A stretch of 64,000 nt of DNA from Hydrolagus affinis. Its lineage: Eukaryota. The notes under the pieces were generated by a model, which saw only the letters and a list, made by a program, of their open reading frames with translations, was not told the origin of the DNA and made no database searches. The stretch is from positions 1-64,000 of the forward strand of contig JAAILG010000200.1 of NCBI GenBank assembly GCA_012026655.1. Direction: 5' to 3'. This document shows, piece by piece, positions 36,987-51,470 of this stretch. Both the position numbers and the translations under genes were made by a program. Positions within the stretch are counted from its first letter, which is position 1; each line of letters starts with the position of its first letter.

Positions 36987-37895
36987 CAAACCCCCCTTCG
37001 AACAGACTGTAAGTTAATGTTTTACACATATTTGCATTGTAAATAATTCTCAAAATAAGAAGCCCAGGTATTTTTATTCAAGTCCCCATTTTTGTCAGCA
37101 TTTTTTTGTCAAATCCCATAGGGTTGTTTGTTTATTCAATTTCAGCAATGTGCAATTTGGGGCGGTTTAGATAGGAAACCACTGATAATAGTTAAATTAA
37201 TGTAGACTGTGTATTTAAAAAAAATGACTGCATTCCAACTAAAATTTAACGAGGCAGGTCTGTTTTAATCAATCCACCTCTGTCCATGTTTGCAGTATTA
37301 TAAGTTATCATGGTTCTGCTGGTGGCTGCTGATTCCTTTATTGGCGGATCTTATATTTTCAATCAACTTATACAAGTTCAACGCTTAATTTGTATTTAAA
37401 CACTTCACTAGTGATATTACTTAAACATGCCCAACCGTTCGGTCATTTTTTTTCCATTTGGTTACAAAATGGTTCATGTTTACTTTTAGACCAAAGACGG
37501 GGCTAGAAATGCACTCCTTGTTTAAAAGAGCAAGTAATTTGAAAGTAATTCATATTTTCCAGTTTACAATACTGCCTGTATAAGAATCAGAAGGGGACAC
37601 AGTTGATGATTGCCTTTAGTTTGTGTTGTGCATAATTCGATGTATGTGATCACTAACAGGTCCCTTTTCTTTTCTTTATGTAAATGTAGTGAGATGTGTA
37701 AACCTATTGTACTTAAAGGTAAACTTTGCGGACGTGTAACCTGTGTTGCTTAAATGCCTCATAAAATTCCTTGAGTGATTGTTAATGTCGTCTCTAAATT
37801 TCATGATTGTGATATTGTGATCATATGCCCGTGTTGTCACTTAAAATGTTTACTATACAGAAGGCACCGAAATAAAAAAATAGGTTACATTCAGA
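36987..37895 (+). promoter_or_regulatory. FoxG1 3'UTR with miRNA/RBP sites
   Basis: miR-200b/c/429 8mer CAGTATTA 37293..37300; miR-9 8mer ACCAAAGA 37490..37497; miR-33 match AATGCAC 37508..37514; miR-30 matches 37477..37483, 37562..37568 and 37847..37853; Pumilio TGTAAATA 37038..37045. 3' end estimated from the poly(A) signal. Confidence 0.8.
37871..37876 (+). terminator. Polyadenylation signal AATAAA
   Basis: AATAAA ~885 nt after the stop, followed by GT/T-rich downstream sequence (gtgttgatatcttgtccttttctt). Confidence 0.8.
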
Positions 37896-40800
37896 AGTGT
37901 TGATATCTTGTCCTTTTCTTCACCACCACTGAGCCAATAGTTGTCTGCAGTCCTATTTTAAACTATAGCTTTCATGATGTAATTCCTGTAGCCAGTCTAA
38001 ATAAACCAGAGTCTGCTAGAAGGGCAGTGATTGTCCAATTAAACTTTCAACATTTTTTAGGCCTAAATTCTAAATCAATCATTCAGAGTGTTTACTGGGG
38101 TTCAGTTTAACTGCCATCTGCATTTTTTCCCCTGTTTACCGCTTACAATACATATTTTTTGCAATTATTTTACACATTTCCTCAACATAATAAGAATAAG
38201 AATATATTTTCGGTCTTGCACATAAAATCCGTGCACTTTAAACTAAATCAAAAGAGAGTTCACAACTGCTTATGGATTCTAAATAGATTCCTTTTGCGAT
38301 GCCTTTTGGAATATATTTAGCCATTGAATTTTCAATTAAACATTTGAATCAGTTTGCATTACTTCTTGGAGCACACGTTGCTTTAAAGCAACCTTATCGC
38401 ATTGCGTTATTTGCCTCTTTCTTGAATCTACTTTCACTGGGAGAACAAGACATTCCCAGTAATATCACACACTGCAAGTAAATATTGGTAGAAACCCATA
38501 GTGCGCAGATGATAGTTTAAATATCGCAGAATATAGCATACTTCCCAAATGTAAGGTCTTATTTAAAAAAACATCGAAGTTGTTAGGAATTTCACTTGAT
38601 AGTTTCTGAATTGATAGTTTTATGGCCAACGTTACTGCGGTTGTTATTGTAAAATGTCAAATTCTAAAACCACCACGCAACACGAGGCCAATTCAAATAA
38701 ATACTGAGTGTAAATGAACACAGCTGCATCGGCTGTGATCTGGGCTTCAACAACACTTATTTGCTTGAAGTGAAGCCCAACCAGGACATTGTGAATCATA
38801 CCTTGCATGAAGACGTTATGATTATACAGTATTTCATTTTATTCTTAAAAAGTAACTCACGGCGCTAATTTGCAGGCAATACATCTTTTTTGCATTGCTA
38901 CTTTGGCTCCCCCACCCCCCCCCTAAAATATTAAATATGTTTTGACTGGACAGATTTCCACAAGAAGACATCAGATATTGTGAGAAAACGTTTGCTAACA
39001 ATTTCCCCGCTAATCTGATCCGCCTGTAGGCCTGTACGGGGTGATTTGCTCATTTGTTCGTTTTGTATTGTGTTAAATTTGTCCACGAGTAATGTAACAA
39101 GGCCAGTACCTTTCACAATAGGCCTGAAGGAAAATGAATCTCTCCTCTAGATGCTATCGCTCCAATGTTAAACGGGGTGATACGAACGGGACGTGCATAC
39201 TGTGGATTAACAAGAAGATTTATCCGGAAAGAGACAACTGAGAGTTTGAGAGAAGCAGTTGCTATAATCTTTAAATAATACTTTTTTTCCCCTTAAAAAA
39301 ACGTGAAGCCTCATTTGCATAGTGCCAAGACGCGGTGACGTGTTCTCTGCCGAGCTCTCACTCTGAATACGTATAACAGAGAAAATACTGTATCTATCCA
39401 CATCCCCCTCTCCCCTAAATCAGCCGTACAGACCTGGGGGGGGGGGGGGATGATCAATCTGCTTACAATTCGGAAATTAAAGTATATTATAAGATGTGTA
39501 ATACAATATTAAATATTGGTCTTTTGGCTCCAACACAGGCTCGTTAGTTGGTCAGATCGTTCTGTCTCATTCTGGCATTTCTACAGTTGTGTTCTTTGTC
39601 AAGGTAGCTTTTTTTTTGTAACAAAAAATATGACAACACCGTCTCCAATCTAACTTCGCCATGATTCAGTTAAAAGTTCGAGAGTTGTTCGTAAAGTGCT
39701 GATGTACAGTTTTATGGAAGGAGCCGCTGGACACCGCGAAGCTTGGGAGACATGGGCGTGGAGCGGGGCGAGGTTTCTGGCCCGTGGGTAAGTTCATTTA
39801 TTATTCAACCTTACTAAGAGTTCTTGTGGGGTTTTTTTTCTATCGAAGGCTCTCTGAAAATATATATACAATTGCAAAGATCTGAAAGCCCCCACCATTG
39901 CCCTCACCCAAATGAGGCATTGCATTGTGCGGAACAAAGCTAGAAAGCTATCTTGATCTTCTCGGTGTTATTTGGACCTAAATAAGAGTTGCAATGTTTC
40001 TAACTTCAGAAGTCGAACTAATCAATGGAACTACTGTTCGTTGTTGGTTTAAGTAGACGGTACCACAAAGGTATTACATTATACGACATTCGTGTCATTG
40101 GAACGAGACAGCCTTGTAAAATGAAGAGAAATATTTGTAACCGCGCTGATTTTATTTAAACTGATTGTATTGGTTCCATGTTGTACACAGGCAATGGGCG
40201 AATGTGACATAATTTATCATAAAAGCATTGTACTGATTATTTCCACATTAAAACTACAACTTTTACAACAAAATCAGTGGGGTGTGTTTGTGGGAATATG
40301 TTTCAACAGCCGACAAGTTAGACGAGACAATTGGAACCCGATTCTGTATTATCTCAGTAAGACTTCTATCATTGTCAGCATAGTTCCGAGTATTAACCCG
40401 GGGTGGGAGGAGAAATTGGATCTTCGCAGTATTTCTATGTACAGACTCGGTTAAATTGCTCGGCTGTGATTGAGGGAATATCCAACGCGAAAACAAAACA
40501 AATCTCAAATTACCCTCACACCAAAGAACATCAAATTCATCAGCAAGACGTCTGGCAAATATTATATAAAAGTGGGAGAACCAGCTTTTCTGCTCCGCGG
40601 AGCCAAGCGGTTTATAACCTTTAATCTAAAGGTTCCCAATAATCAGGACAATATGTCGAGGTAATAGATTCATACCATAGCTATTGTTTCCCATGACAGG
40701 AATATCAGATAATTCGGTTTTCATTCTTTGGTGCAATAATGTGTTGAGTGACTTGAACTTTTTTTTAAAATGTTCTTTCTAAATATTGAAAAAAGCGAGC

Positions 40801-43800
40801 ACATTTTGAGCGTTCATTTCTCAGCGGGTATCGGGTACAACGCGGTATTTTCAAAAATATAAAGTCAAGTGTACGTTGCTGTGTGCTGCACCGGGAATGT
40901 TGTATTGGTACTGAGTTATGGGAAGAAAGGTTTCACTAAGAGAGAGAGAGGGAGAGGGAGAGAAACAAAACAAAAGGTCACACAACTGTAACAAACTTTT
41001 ATCAGCTTCTCTTCCTCCGCGGGTTTCTTTTTTGTGCACGAATTACTCGGCCTCTTTAAGTTAGTAGAATGGGAAGCACCTTAATCCTTTGTGTGGCATC
41101 AGAGTGCTTTAAGCAACGCCCGTGCTACGATTTCAAAATACAGAAAGGGAATTAACGCCAACATCTCAGGTGTATTTCGAACTATTTTGCTTCGTAAACG
41201 GCAATGGTCAATTCGATATCTACACTCTCGAGTTGGCGGCGCTTTTATTTTTGGCACACAGTGTTGTGTCCCCGATATTTATTTCTATTCTCTAAATTCT
41301 TTTAGCCGTGTCTTGGTGTCGTGCATTTCAATAAATGCCAAAAGAACAACGACACCGAATGATTGTCCGATCAGTTCTAATGATGATCATTATATCCAAA
41401 ATAATGCAGGATAAATACTGATTGCTTGCTACAGGAGTTAGGCAATTAAAACAAATGCTATGTTTATTTATTTAACGGAAAGACCTGGGGGTTTCAATAA
41501 CCCCAAAGAGCGAAATTTCCGATGGAGCGTTTGGGTCAATTGTGATTTGCTGAATTAGGAAAAGGTGAAGGTGAAGATCATTAGAGGTTTTAGGGATGTG
41601 TGAATGGTGCTAAGGTTTATCTCATTGTATTCTGAGGGCGGAGTTTTCGCACATTGTAAAGTTACTGGCCAAACCTCGCTAGAAGTGCCTGGAAACAGAT
41701 GGCAGCGACATAGAAACCGGACCAGAGTTTTAGCACCAATCCGCATTAGGTAGGTAATCTATAATAATAATCATGTGGTATCAGAATAACTGCAGTGGAG
41801 CAAGAGTACACTGACAAAAATCAAGTTACGCGACCTTACAGTTTACCTGTAATTATTGAGAGAGAGCAAACAACTTTTTCCAATAACTTAAAGTCGACTA
41901 GATCAGTACTTCTGTTTTAATTATTTAAACCATGTCTTTTCGGAAACAACGTCAATTTACTTGTTATTTGTGCTAAAATCCTTTAAAATATAAAGATACT
42001 CATCCGTCGTAAGTCATCTTCATGCAACCCTTTGGAAATCTGCTACATCAGTCCAAAGTAAAGAAGTTTATGTGTCAACAAGTATGTCCTCCAACATCTA
42101 GAGCATCTTGCCTTTGGAGTGCTGACGGCCTTTCTTAAATCAGTTTTTACCATTTAGCTCTAATACAAGCATATACGCGTATGTTTGGGATAAAACTATA
42201 TTATATACATGTATATTACTATTTTAAAACACTTATCCGATGTCTTAAATAAAAATAATAATCCGAGGAAATGGATTCACGTACAGATCAAATGTGCAGA
42301 ATTTCGCAGTTGATCAAGTGGAAATACTAGAGATTCGTATTATACCACAATATATCACAACACGACACGAAACACCATCCTTTTAGTTGCGTCTTGGATG
42401 AACAATACTGACATGGGAACTTTTGGTTCCTTGCCGAGTTCTGCATTTTAAAGATAATTGTACCAACCTATTTTTATCATTACCTCTTCCTTAACTGAGG
42501 CACAATAAACGTTGCTTTGTCTGAAAGATTAGTTCCTTTGTGCCATTTATACCAACCACAAATTATCATGTTTAACCAGATACCTGAAGATGTGAATTAA
42601 AGAAAGGGGATTCAATTGCAACGCCACTGTCGGTGACTGCATGTGAATAAGCACCATTAATAAGCACCATTAATAAGGTAAAATGTTTCACTTAAGATTA
42701 ATTTGAACACAATATTAATATAAGAAAGGTGTCGGTGAAAGGTGTCTTTGCAAGAAAATGTAGCCCGGATCGTATCGTCTTGTCAATTGAGTTCTTTGTG
42801 GAACTCGTTGCTTTAATGCGCCGTGTATTGTACATGTATGTGGTTCCTTTAATATAAACGCAGAATGTTGCTATAAATAATGCAGGCCTGGTAGATAAAA
42901 ATAAGTGTTGCTTTATTGCAATACATTTATTGCAAATTTAATACATTTGGTCCCGTTTCCTGCTTTTAAAACAACCGTTGTTTCATTAAATTATCTACAC
43001 GATGTTTTATAAATTTATAGATTTTTTTTAAAAAAAGCACAGTTGTTCCAAATTATTCAGCCGTTCAAAAGCATTCACACACAAATGCAATAATCCACAA
43101 ATCGTAATTACACGTGCGTGTGTAAAACAACAAGGTTTTTCTTTGTATATCAGCCCTTCATTTTTTTTGGCGGGGGGTGGGTGGGGGAGGGAATAAATTA
43201 CATTTCACATTTTGGCAACTAAAACCAGTGACTGGTTTATTTAATTGCTGTTTATGAATCGAGCATTGCGTGAGTAGCCGACCTCATCCTGTATGCCAAC
43301 ATCATTGACTGTGACAGGTCACTTTGTTAGCCGGTACTTGCTGTTACGAACCCAGATATATAAAGTATTTTATTCGAACTTAGCGCAATGCACCTATCAA
43401 ACAATTCTAGGCGATTTCCCGATGATTAGGTTTTAAACACCAAGACTTGTTTTTTTACATGAAAATGAGTCGTATATCGCTACCGGCACAGCCAGTGTAG
43501 AACCCTTTACGTTTACAAACATTACAGCTCCTTTTGCGGTGCAGGTTCTCATAATTTCCAAATATGCGCTGTAACGTGATATACAACTTCTAGATATAAA
43601 AAGAACAGATTATGTGAGAAGACAGGTATTAACTTTCGCCTTTATCGTTGATAACCAATCGTCAAAATATTAAGGACAGAATGAATAGGATGGGGGCGCT
43701 GTTGTTAAAGCAATGAGACTACCAGCGTGTCTTTTTTCTCTGTCTAATCTCTCCCTGTCTCTCGCTTTCCTTCACAGCTTGTGTCTGTGTTTCGAAAACA

Positions 43801-46800
43801 CAATACATGTCTTCGGTTGTCTTTTGTGCACTTAAAATCTATTTTAGTGGCGAAGGAACGGGTGACCGTGTTCAGAAACATGTCCCACAGTAGCTCAGTG
43901 TATCCCTGCTCGGCAGTGGTGTTTAATTGGCACAACATATATCACGTTGCAATTTATAGCTCTAGGAAATTATATTTTGATAAGACATTGTGTTGACAAA
44001 TACAACAACGCGAACAGTTGTAGCACCAATTATGCTTGTTCAGAAGCGGTGTCAGTTTACGAATCATATGCTTAGCTACACTCAATAAACTAACAAAAGA
44101 AAACATTTTGGGATCAACGTTGAAACATTTTGAAAGCAAATCAATGATATTGTTCAACTATGGTTTTTTTTTGCAAATTATAAAATACAAACATTTGGAA
44201 TCGTAAAAGTTTCACTTGCTTTATGAACCAATCTCTTTCATTTCACACATGACGATAGAAGCTTACTTTTTAGCAGAACATAGATCAATCAGCTGTAATG
44301 TTATATGTTGATTCATTGCTCAACAGCAATGAACAGCAACAATATATTAAACCGGGAGAGTGCAGACATGATGTTTTAATACAATTTAAGAGATACATAC
44401 CCACGCAGAATGAAAAAAAACATATAATTGTTCCATTCGGTTGTATTTTTTATTTGACTTAATATTTTGACATCTTTGAAATATCAAATGTCTTTCCTGC
44501 AACCGATATTTCGTCCTTTCAACCTTCTTGTTATGTGGGCATTCTACGGCTCTCTGTTGCTCGTCTTATTAGCTTACAGAGCTAACAAAACAGATTTAAA
44601 TAATTTCTTAATGGGGAGTTTCTATCTTCACCAAAGACATTTGAAAGGGCAAAGAAGGCTAGACCTTGATCAGGCACCGCGATACTCGTGTGTGTGTGTG
44701 TGTGCGTGTGCGCGGGTTTATGTGTTTGTCTGTTATGGGGAAATATATTTAAACATATGTCACTTCATACAGTTCCCAAATATACCATTTTAGTAGCCCT
44801 AATGAGTGCGTGTGTGCGTTCGAGTGTGTACACTGAACAGAATGTGTTCACATATTTTGCAGGTGTACTGAACAGCAGTAAACACTGGCTTTCACTGCAC
44901 GATTTAAATACAGAAAAAAAAAGATAATTTAGGATTTTAGGATTTGATCTCTTGGTTCAGATATATTTTAAAAATGGAAAATCTCCTGGAATGTGCAGCT
45001 AGTCGAATATTACTGTAGATGGAACATCGGGGGATGATGTTAAATGTGAGACTAATCATACGCCCTTTACATCTGAATGAAAGCAGCAGAAGTATTAACC
45101 ACTCAACAGTTTGACCAGACCACGACCCCCTTTACTCCACCTACTCCCAAACCACAAAATTTGTGCTTTTGTTAGACATCATTCGTCCGCGTTTGAAGAA
45201 TATGGGTTTCATAACAGAAGGTGCTTTGTACGGGTGCAATTCCTGCATTCTGGAGAGTTGCGGCTTAAGTGACTGCATGTGTAAATGATATGTGTGTTTC
45301 TGTGTTTGGATGGCGAAAATCTGCGTTTAATGTAAACCGGCGAACAAAACAAACACGATCGGTTATTTCTGTGGATTTTTATAAATGAATAGGAGCTGTA
45401 TTTACAGTGGGTCAAACTGATCCAGAATGCAGATTTGAAGCTTGACAATATTATATTATTGAATTAAATAATAGCAAAATAAAGGGTAGTTTGTATTAAC
45501 TGATTATTATTGCACGATCAAGTGGAGTTATTTTTTTTTAACAATATTTGGCTTTAATAAGTGGCACAGGGATAGTAACTCGATGAAGAATATGTTCGTT
45601 TATGTTTCTTACACAATTTGTGATTTCAGAAAATGCGAAAAATTCTGGTCTCAAAACAAGTTTGCAAACCGAAGCGAACAATGTATAAAATATTTGCCAA
45701 CGTTCCCAGTATTCACATACAAATGTTGAAATCTGTCACAAAATGTAGTGCCTACCATTAAAACTATGGAGAGTTCACACCTCAGTATTTAAGACGAAAC
45801 GCTGATAATTGGTTTAACAATTACACTGCACCTTGTCTTTGTACGTTAACAGTTACTGTATCCTGTATTTTTTTTTACAATAATTATCCCCTTGGATTCA
45901 TTTCAATTCTCGTTGCTAAAATTAATTTTCATACTACATGTAACCTCATTTTGCTATTTTCTTAAATAAACACTTTCGCTCGTTTACACTTCCCTTTTAA
46001 TGTATTCTAGTATCCTTAATTTATTGTAAATATGTTTCCTGTTAATAGAAGCCCACTTAATAAAAGAAACACATATTAGTAAACGTACGTTTTAAATAGA
46101 CATTTATTTTGCGGTTAAGAATTCTGCGAGAATTACTTTCCAATTGAGAGCGACAGCAAATGATAACACTTACAATATCAATAGTAGATAAACGATAATT
46201 AAAATCTCACGTTTTGAGTAATATAGATAATAATATAGTTTTTAATCATATAGATATGAAGTAAAGATTGATCGCGAAGCCGTAAATAATCATTACCTCT
46301 TCTGATAATGTTTTATATGTTTGGGAGACAGAGAATCTACCACTATATTCACACTGTATAAAACATTCGGAAGTCAATGGGGCGAGCCTACCAACATGTA
46401 TCCGACAGGGCATGCCAAATGAATGCGGATAAATCCACCACACTGTTACAAACAGTATAATGAAACAACATAGAAACTAATTTTCGATTCATTTCTGTTA
46501 ACACCATACATTACAAATGAAACCTCTTGCTTTTAGTTGCTAAAATGATCGTTGCGAGTAGGCAAATAGCTATCATCACTTAATATTTCCAATACACCGA
46601 TTTCAAATGCCTGATCCGTTCTCCCCCAAAATTATTTATTAGTATTCTTGCAACACAGATGATATGCCTAATGGCAGGGGTTGATTTGCTGTGTTCTATT
46701 AACATTCTATTAAGTCACACATTTGATTTAGTTTATAAATATTTAAATCTGATTTTATGGTCTTACTTTCCCTCTAAAATACCGACTGCGATATTAATGA

Positions 46801-49800
46801 TAAACATATGTACACATTACAAAGCAACAACAATAACATCGCAAAAAATTATAGTGCAGTCATTTATTGGGGATTCAACACAAACTACACGCTTTATATT
46901 TAAATTTAAACTTGTTTTCGTGTTGTTCAACTGTACCGGTGTCTATCTATTTTTTTTGACGTTTTACTTTCCAATATGTATATTCTTTAGTTTAGGTTCA
47001 TTGTATGGGTTTCTTATTGTCTGAAATGAAATGCCATCAATCCGTTTTTTAAATCTCCTGATAATTTTACACTACAGTAGGGCCATTGTAGGTCACTGGC
47101 AAAGGTGTTTGTGTTTAAACAATTGAAGTACAGAGGTTCAATCGTTATTGTACATTTTCATGTAGGAAACTATAACCGACAACACATGATACATGTCCTT
47201 TACGCAGAGGCAGATAAAACAGTGTGTATAACCTTGAGTCATATCTGCGTTATTTTTCCAGGGCTGTGTTAAGGGCAGTGATTGTGCGAAGTGAGAATAA
47301 AGTGAGTTATAAAATGTATTCCTTTTCCGGCCTAATCACTCGGACTCCCAAGTTAACAGCAACCCAAACCTTTTTTTTATTTTTCTGCGCTATGCTTAAT
47401 CTTGTAACAAATTATAAAATACTTCCAATTGTTTCAAAGAATATTTCGTAGTCAACTGCTACGCTAGGCTTGAAAGGATTTCTTTTAAAAATCAACATTG
47501 AAATTGTGTTTCATATCTTAAATTGCTTTCTGATCAATGCTAAGTCATTACATGTGATGTGAAATGCATTTAGGCATTCATTAGATTGATAAAGAGATCG
47601 CTAGATGTAACTAACTTATTGCTTATTCTTTATATTTGTCTACAGTACAACCCACTAGAAAGTTGAAATTGGACATTTACCTCATTTTTTCACCTAACAC
47701 AGCATAAATATTAAGAAGATTTACAAGGGAACACGGTATGTGTCATTGGGAAGTGCTTGGGCGATAACCTATTATATCAATAAAGTGAGTGACAGCAATT
47801 CAAATTACAGACGTTTCATTAGAAAATTAGACAATCTCGGCTTCACGGTAACACTGGAAAGCGACGGGAAACTGTGCAAAAAAAAATCTACTATTGCGCC
47901 CATCACTTTCAAATATAATGCAATTTATTGCGATAATAATAATAATAATAAAATGCCAATATGCTGTGTGGTTTGTGAGTTTGCTCAGTATTGTGTTTGC
48001 GATGGTCTCCCGTAGGCCAGCACAACCTGTGGACTGCAACATCAATCTGGGTAGCGCTGTTTGAAAGTGCGGATTCTTTCTTTCTTTTGACTCGCCGGCC
48101 CAATAGGTTGAGCTAATGCTGAGGGCTTCGTGTGAATGAACTAGAAAACACTCGACAGGTCGTGAATAATCGTTTTAATGAGTGTGTAAAGCATGCGACG
48201 GGGTGCAGAGAGCTGTCGGGTTAAACAAACAACTTGTACCCTGATGTAATCCGATTGTTAAAGTGCAAAGTGGTGTCATTCCAGTTTTCTGTTCCGTTCG
48301 TTAAAACCACAGCTCCAACACGCGGGAGTCCAATTGTCCCAATTAAAGAAAAATAACAATATTTTCTTAACTTGAGTGTGATCTTGCTTAATGTTACTCT
48401 GTGGTTTAGCCAAGCATCAAGTCAAACAAAAAGGTGATTTGCGATCACACTATGGTCTTTAATCAAAGTCCAACCTAACCCATAATATATTTGCTGTCCG
48501 TAGGACAGCCCATGTGTAAATGTTCAGTGTATTTAGTATAAAAAGGAGTTAGCAGATCGATACAAGGTCAATTATTTTATAAGTACCATGTAGTGCTTTG
48601 ATTGAAGTAATTATGATTTTTAGAGCAGGGAAATACTAATTGTAACTTTTGGATTTTTTTTTCAACTGAAATACATTGGTTTCGAAACCCATGGATAGGA
48701 AGTTATACGATATTTAATAAGTTCGATGGATATTTCTAAATGGCAGATACTCTTTGCATATGTTTTCAAAATGTTAGTCAAGTGTAAATTTCATTTGTAG
48801 TGCATTAAGAAATGTACAGGTACTTAAAGAGGTTTACTTTACATTTCCATCCCAAATACACACTGTTAAATAATAAGATCATTGTTATTTTGAGGCAATG
48901 GTATCGTGTTAAATAATCTCTGAATTAACTGTCACTCCGACCTCCCCAAAAATAAAAGAACTGTCAGGGAGAAGGGAATTATTTAACTGAACATTCCCAA
49001 TGCCAATGGTTTCTCGTGAGTTGTCTTTTGAAATCTAGGTTATATATTAAATTCGCATTGGATATCGATGGGACATTCTTTTACAAAGTCGTGTGACGTT
49101 TAGAAATTATTTAACACGCTAATTTGAAGTTTTGACGTATTGAATGTTCAAAGTGGGAGACAGGTGTTTACCTCTAACTTTTTTAAACGATCTTGTATTT
49201 TAATAAGCGAGGTTCACAATTATTAACAGCCTAACGTTAAATATGAATTCTTACAAAAGTACTCGAGAACATAGTTAGTCAGAGTGAACCGGTAGAATAT
49301 CAGATTTAAGTCCATAAAATGGAAATATAAACATTAATATTTTTTTCAAAATATAAGTTGAAATAATATGCTTGCTTAAAACAACTTACTTCAATGCATT
49401 CGGATTTTAGACTTGCTTAATTACAGCTAATTGTGTTTATTTTGACATACACAATTCAAAAATAACCCTATATATAGAGCCACCCAGTAAACACTTCAGG
49501 TAGTATTACACTAATTATACAGTTGTATACAAACTGCAGTACAATAAAACTTAACACTGTGTAGGTAAGAAATTCATGTATTCTATGCCATTAGTTTCTG
49601 ATAGTATTTCAGTATAAACGTCTCGATGAACTATTGTACTTACAAGTGGTAATATTCCTAAAGTATTTCAAAGGTTCACGTACAAATATTAGATGAAACT
49701 GAAGCCCCCTAATATCTAGTTGACTTTTTCTCTGATAATGTAAAAACAAACTACCCCCAATTTGCTTTTTATTCTGGTTGTTTGTTTTCCGTCCCTTTGC

Positions 49801-51274
49801 TGTGTAAGTAAAATGCGCTGACACATGTTTACGTCAATACAGCTGTGCTTTAAGAAACGTTTGTCTTGCTGAAGTGAAAACAGGTTACAGAAACAAAAAC
49901 ATTTACAACGTCAGAAGCAGGCGGCGACAATTCTCCACACGTCAACAATAACCCATGAGTTTCAGAGGCGAAGAGAAAGTGACAGCGTTCCTATCAGATA
50001 TCTATCTCTTTGCCCAATCTATAATTTCAATTTTAGAAATGAAGTGTTCCACTCTCATTTACAGTCTTTCGCGAAACATACACTTTAGATGATAATTGGT
50101 CGACTTTACTTTTTAAAGATATAATACTGCCCTTTACCCAATGAAAACTTGAGTTTTATTATACGCCTATTGTACATAAACTGTTGAAGAATGAAAGTAC
50201 AGAATAGACAATGGCAAACCGTCGGAAATTACAATCACAAAGAAGTGAATGTGGACTTTTCTGGTCAGCCCCAGTTACACTGGAAATGAATAGTTACTGT
50301 GAAGACGTGAAGCGGCTGCCAAGCGTCGTCATGATGTTTGCAGATTTCAGTCATCACAGTAAAGCAACTTGTGAATTCTGAGATACACCCCCACCAACCA
50401 CCACCCGCCCCCTCCCATCACCACCGCTCTCTCTCTCTCTCTCTCTCTCACTCAGAGTCATTGACCCCCAACTAGAATCACAATGAGTCGTTCAATACTC
50501 CCAGCACAAGAAGTAAAAAAAATGTTCTCGAAAATGACCCTCGGAGCTAGGAACTGAGAGAAGGTGTAATGTCTACTTAGTGAAGTGACTGGGTGTCCGA
50601 TCAGATGTCATGTAAACGAAAGTTAGACGGCGAGAGACATACCTCAGACCAAAGAAGAGGTGAATATGATGAATGAAAAGCTGGTCACAGTGCACCGAGT
50701 CAATATGACATCCCGCCATAAAGTGTTCTTTTGTACAATAAAAAGGAGAGCTCGGCGCCGTTACAGGTTGTAGATGGTAAACAGGTCGTCTCTGCCAGAG
50801 TGGGGATCGCTATTGTTAAACTCGCTGGAGCCATTGTGTGCCAAATAAAGTGGAGAAGAGCACAGACAATCTTGAGATTGGATTTCTTGGTGTATTTTCT
50901 TCCGAAACAGTTCACTGGTTTGTCGAAAAGTAGTGTGTCAAAAACAAAACATTTTTATCCGCAAAATCACGAGAGCAAATGCCCAAGGTTAACTACCCAA
51001 TTGGCAACAACACCGCAGAAAGAATTGTGAAGCTCAGAATCTCCCGTTTAACCGGACTGCTAAAGTCAGTAAGCATAACAATGATTGAAATGATAAATGA
51101 TTTTAAAAAAATGATGTGTTTGGTCCTTAAACCGCTGTTTTGGCACAATCCAGACAAATTAGACCCCATAACTTAATTTATTGTTGTGATAGTAATCGTT
51201 TCCAAAGGTTTATACTCATTAAAATAAATCCATACACGTTTCATTAGTCACCGGCGTTCATTCATGGCGTTCAA

Positions 51275-51470
51275 AAATAATAGTAAGTTAGTGATTCAAC
51301 CCACGACTGTTTGTGGGACACTGCTGTTCGCAATTGGCTGCCGCGTTTCACCCACAAAGATACAGTCAATTCACTTTGCAGTATATTCTGTGAAGGGCTT
51401 TGAGGCGTCTTGAGGATTCGATAAGGCGCTATATCTAATGCAAGGATTATTGTTTTTATTACTATTTATT
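51275..51470 (+). mobile_element. SINE 3' half (Deu part plus tail)
   Basis: ctgtttgtgggacactgctgttcgcaattggctgccgcgtttcacccacaaa...ataaggcgctatatctaatgcaaggattatt aligns to ~22365..22558. Confidence 0.9.

Noticed and set aside
36984-36992. Stop-codon readthrough context TAA-CAA
   Set aside because: UAA is the least leaky stop and the CARYYA motif is incomplete (CAAACC).
25638-39734. 15-mer ggagccgctggacac present at ~25638 and ~39720
   Set aside because: One or two 15-mer coincidences are expected by chance in 64 kb, and there is no flanking similarity.
42646-42677. 13-bp tandem duplication aataagcaccatt (similar small duplication at ~59935..59980)
   Set aside because: Ordinary replication slippage; no array or spacer structure.
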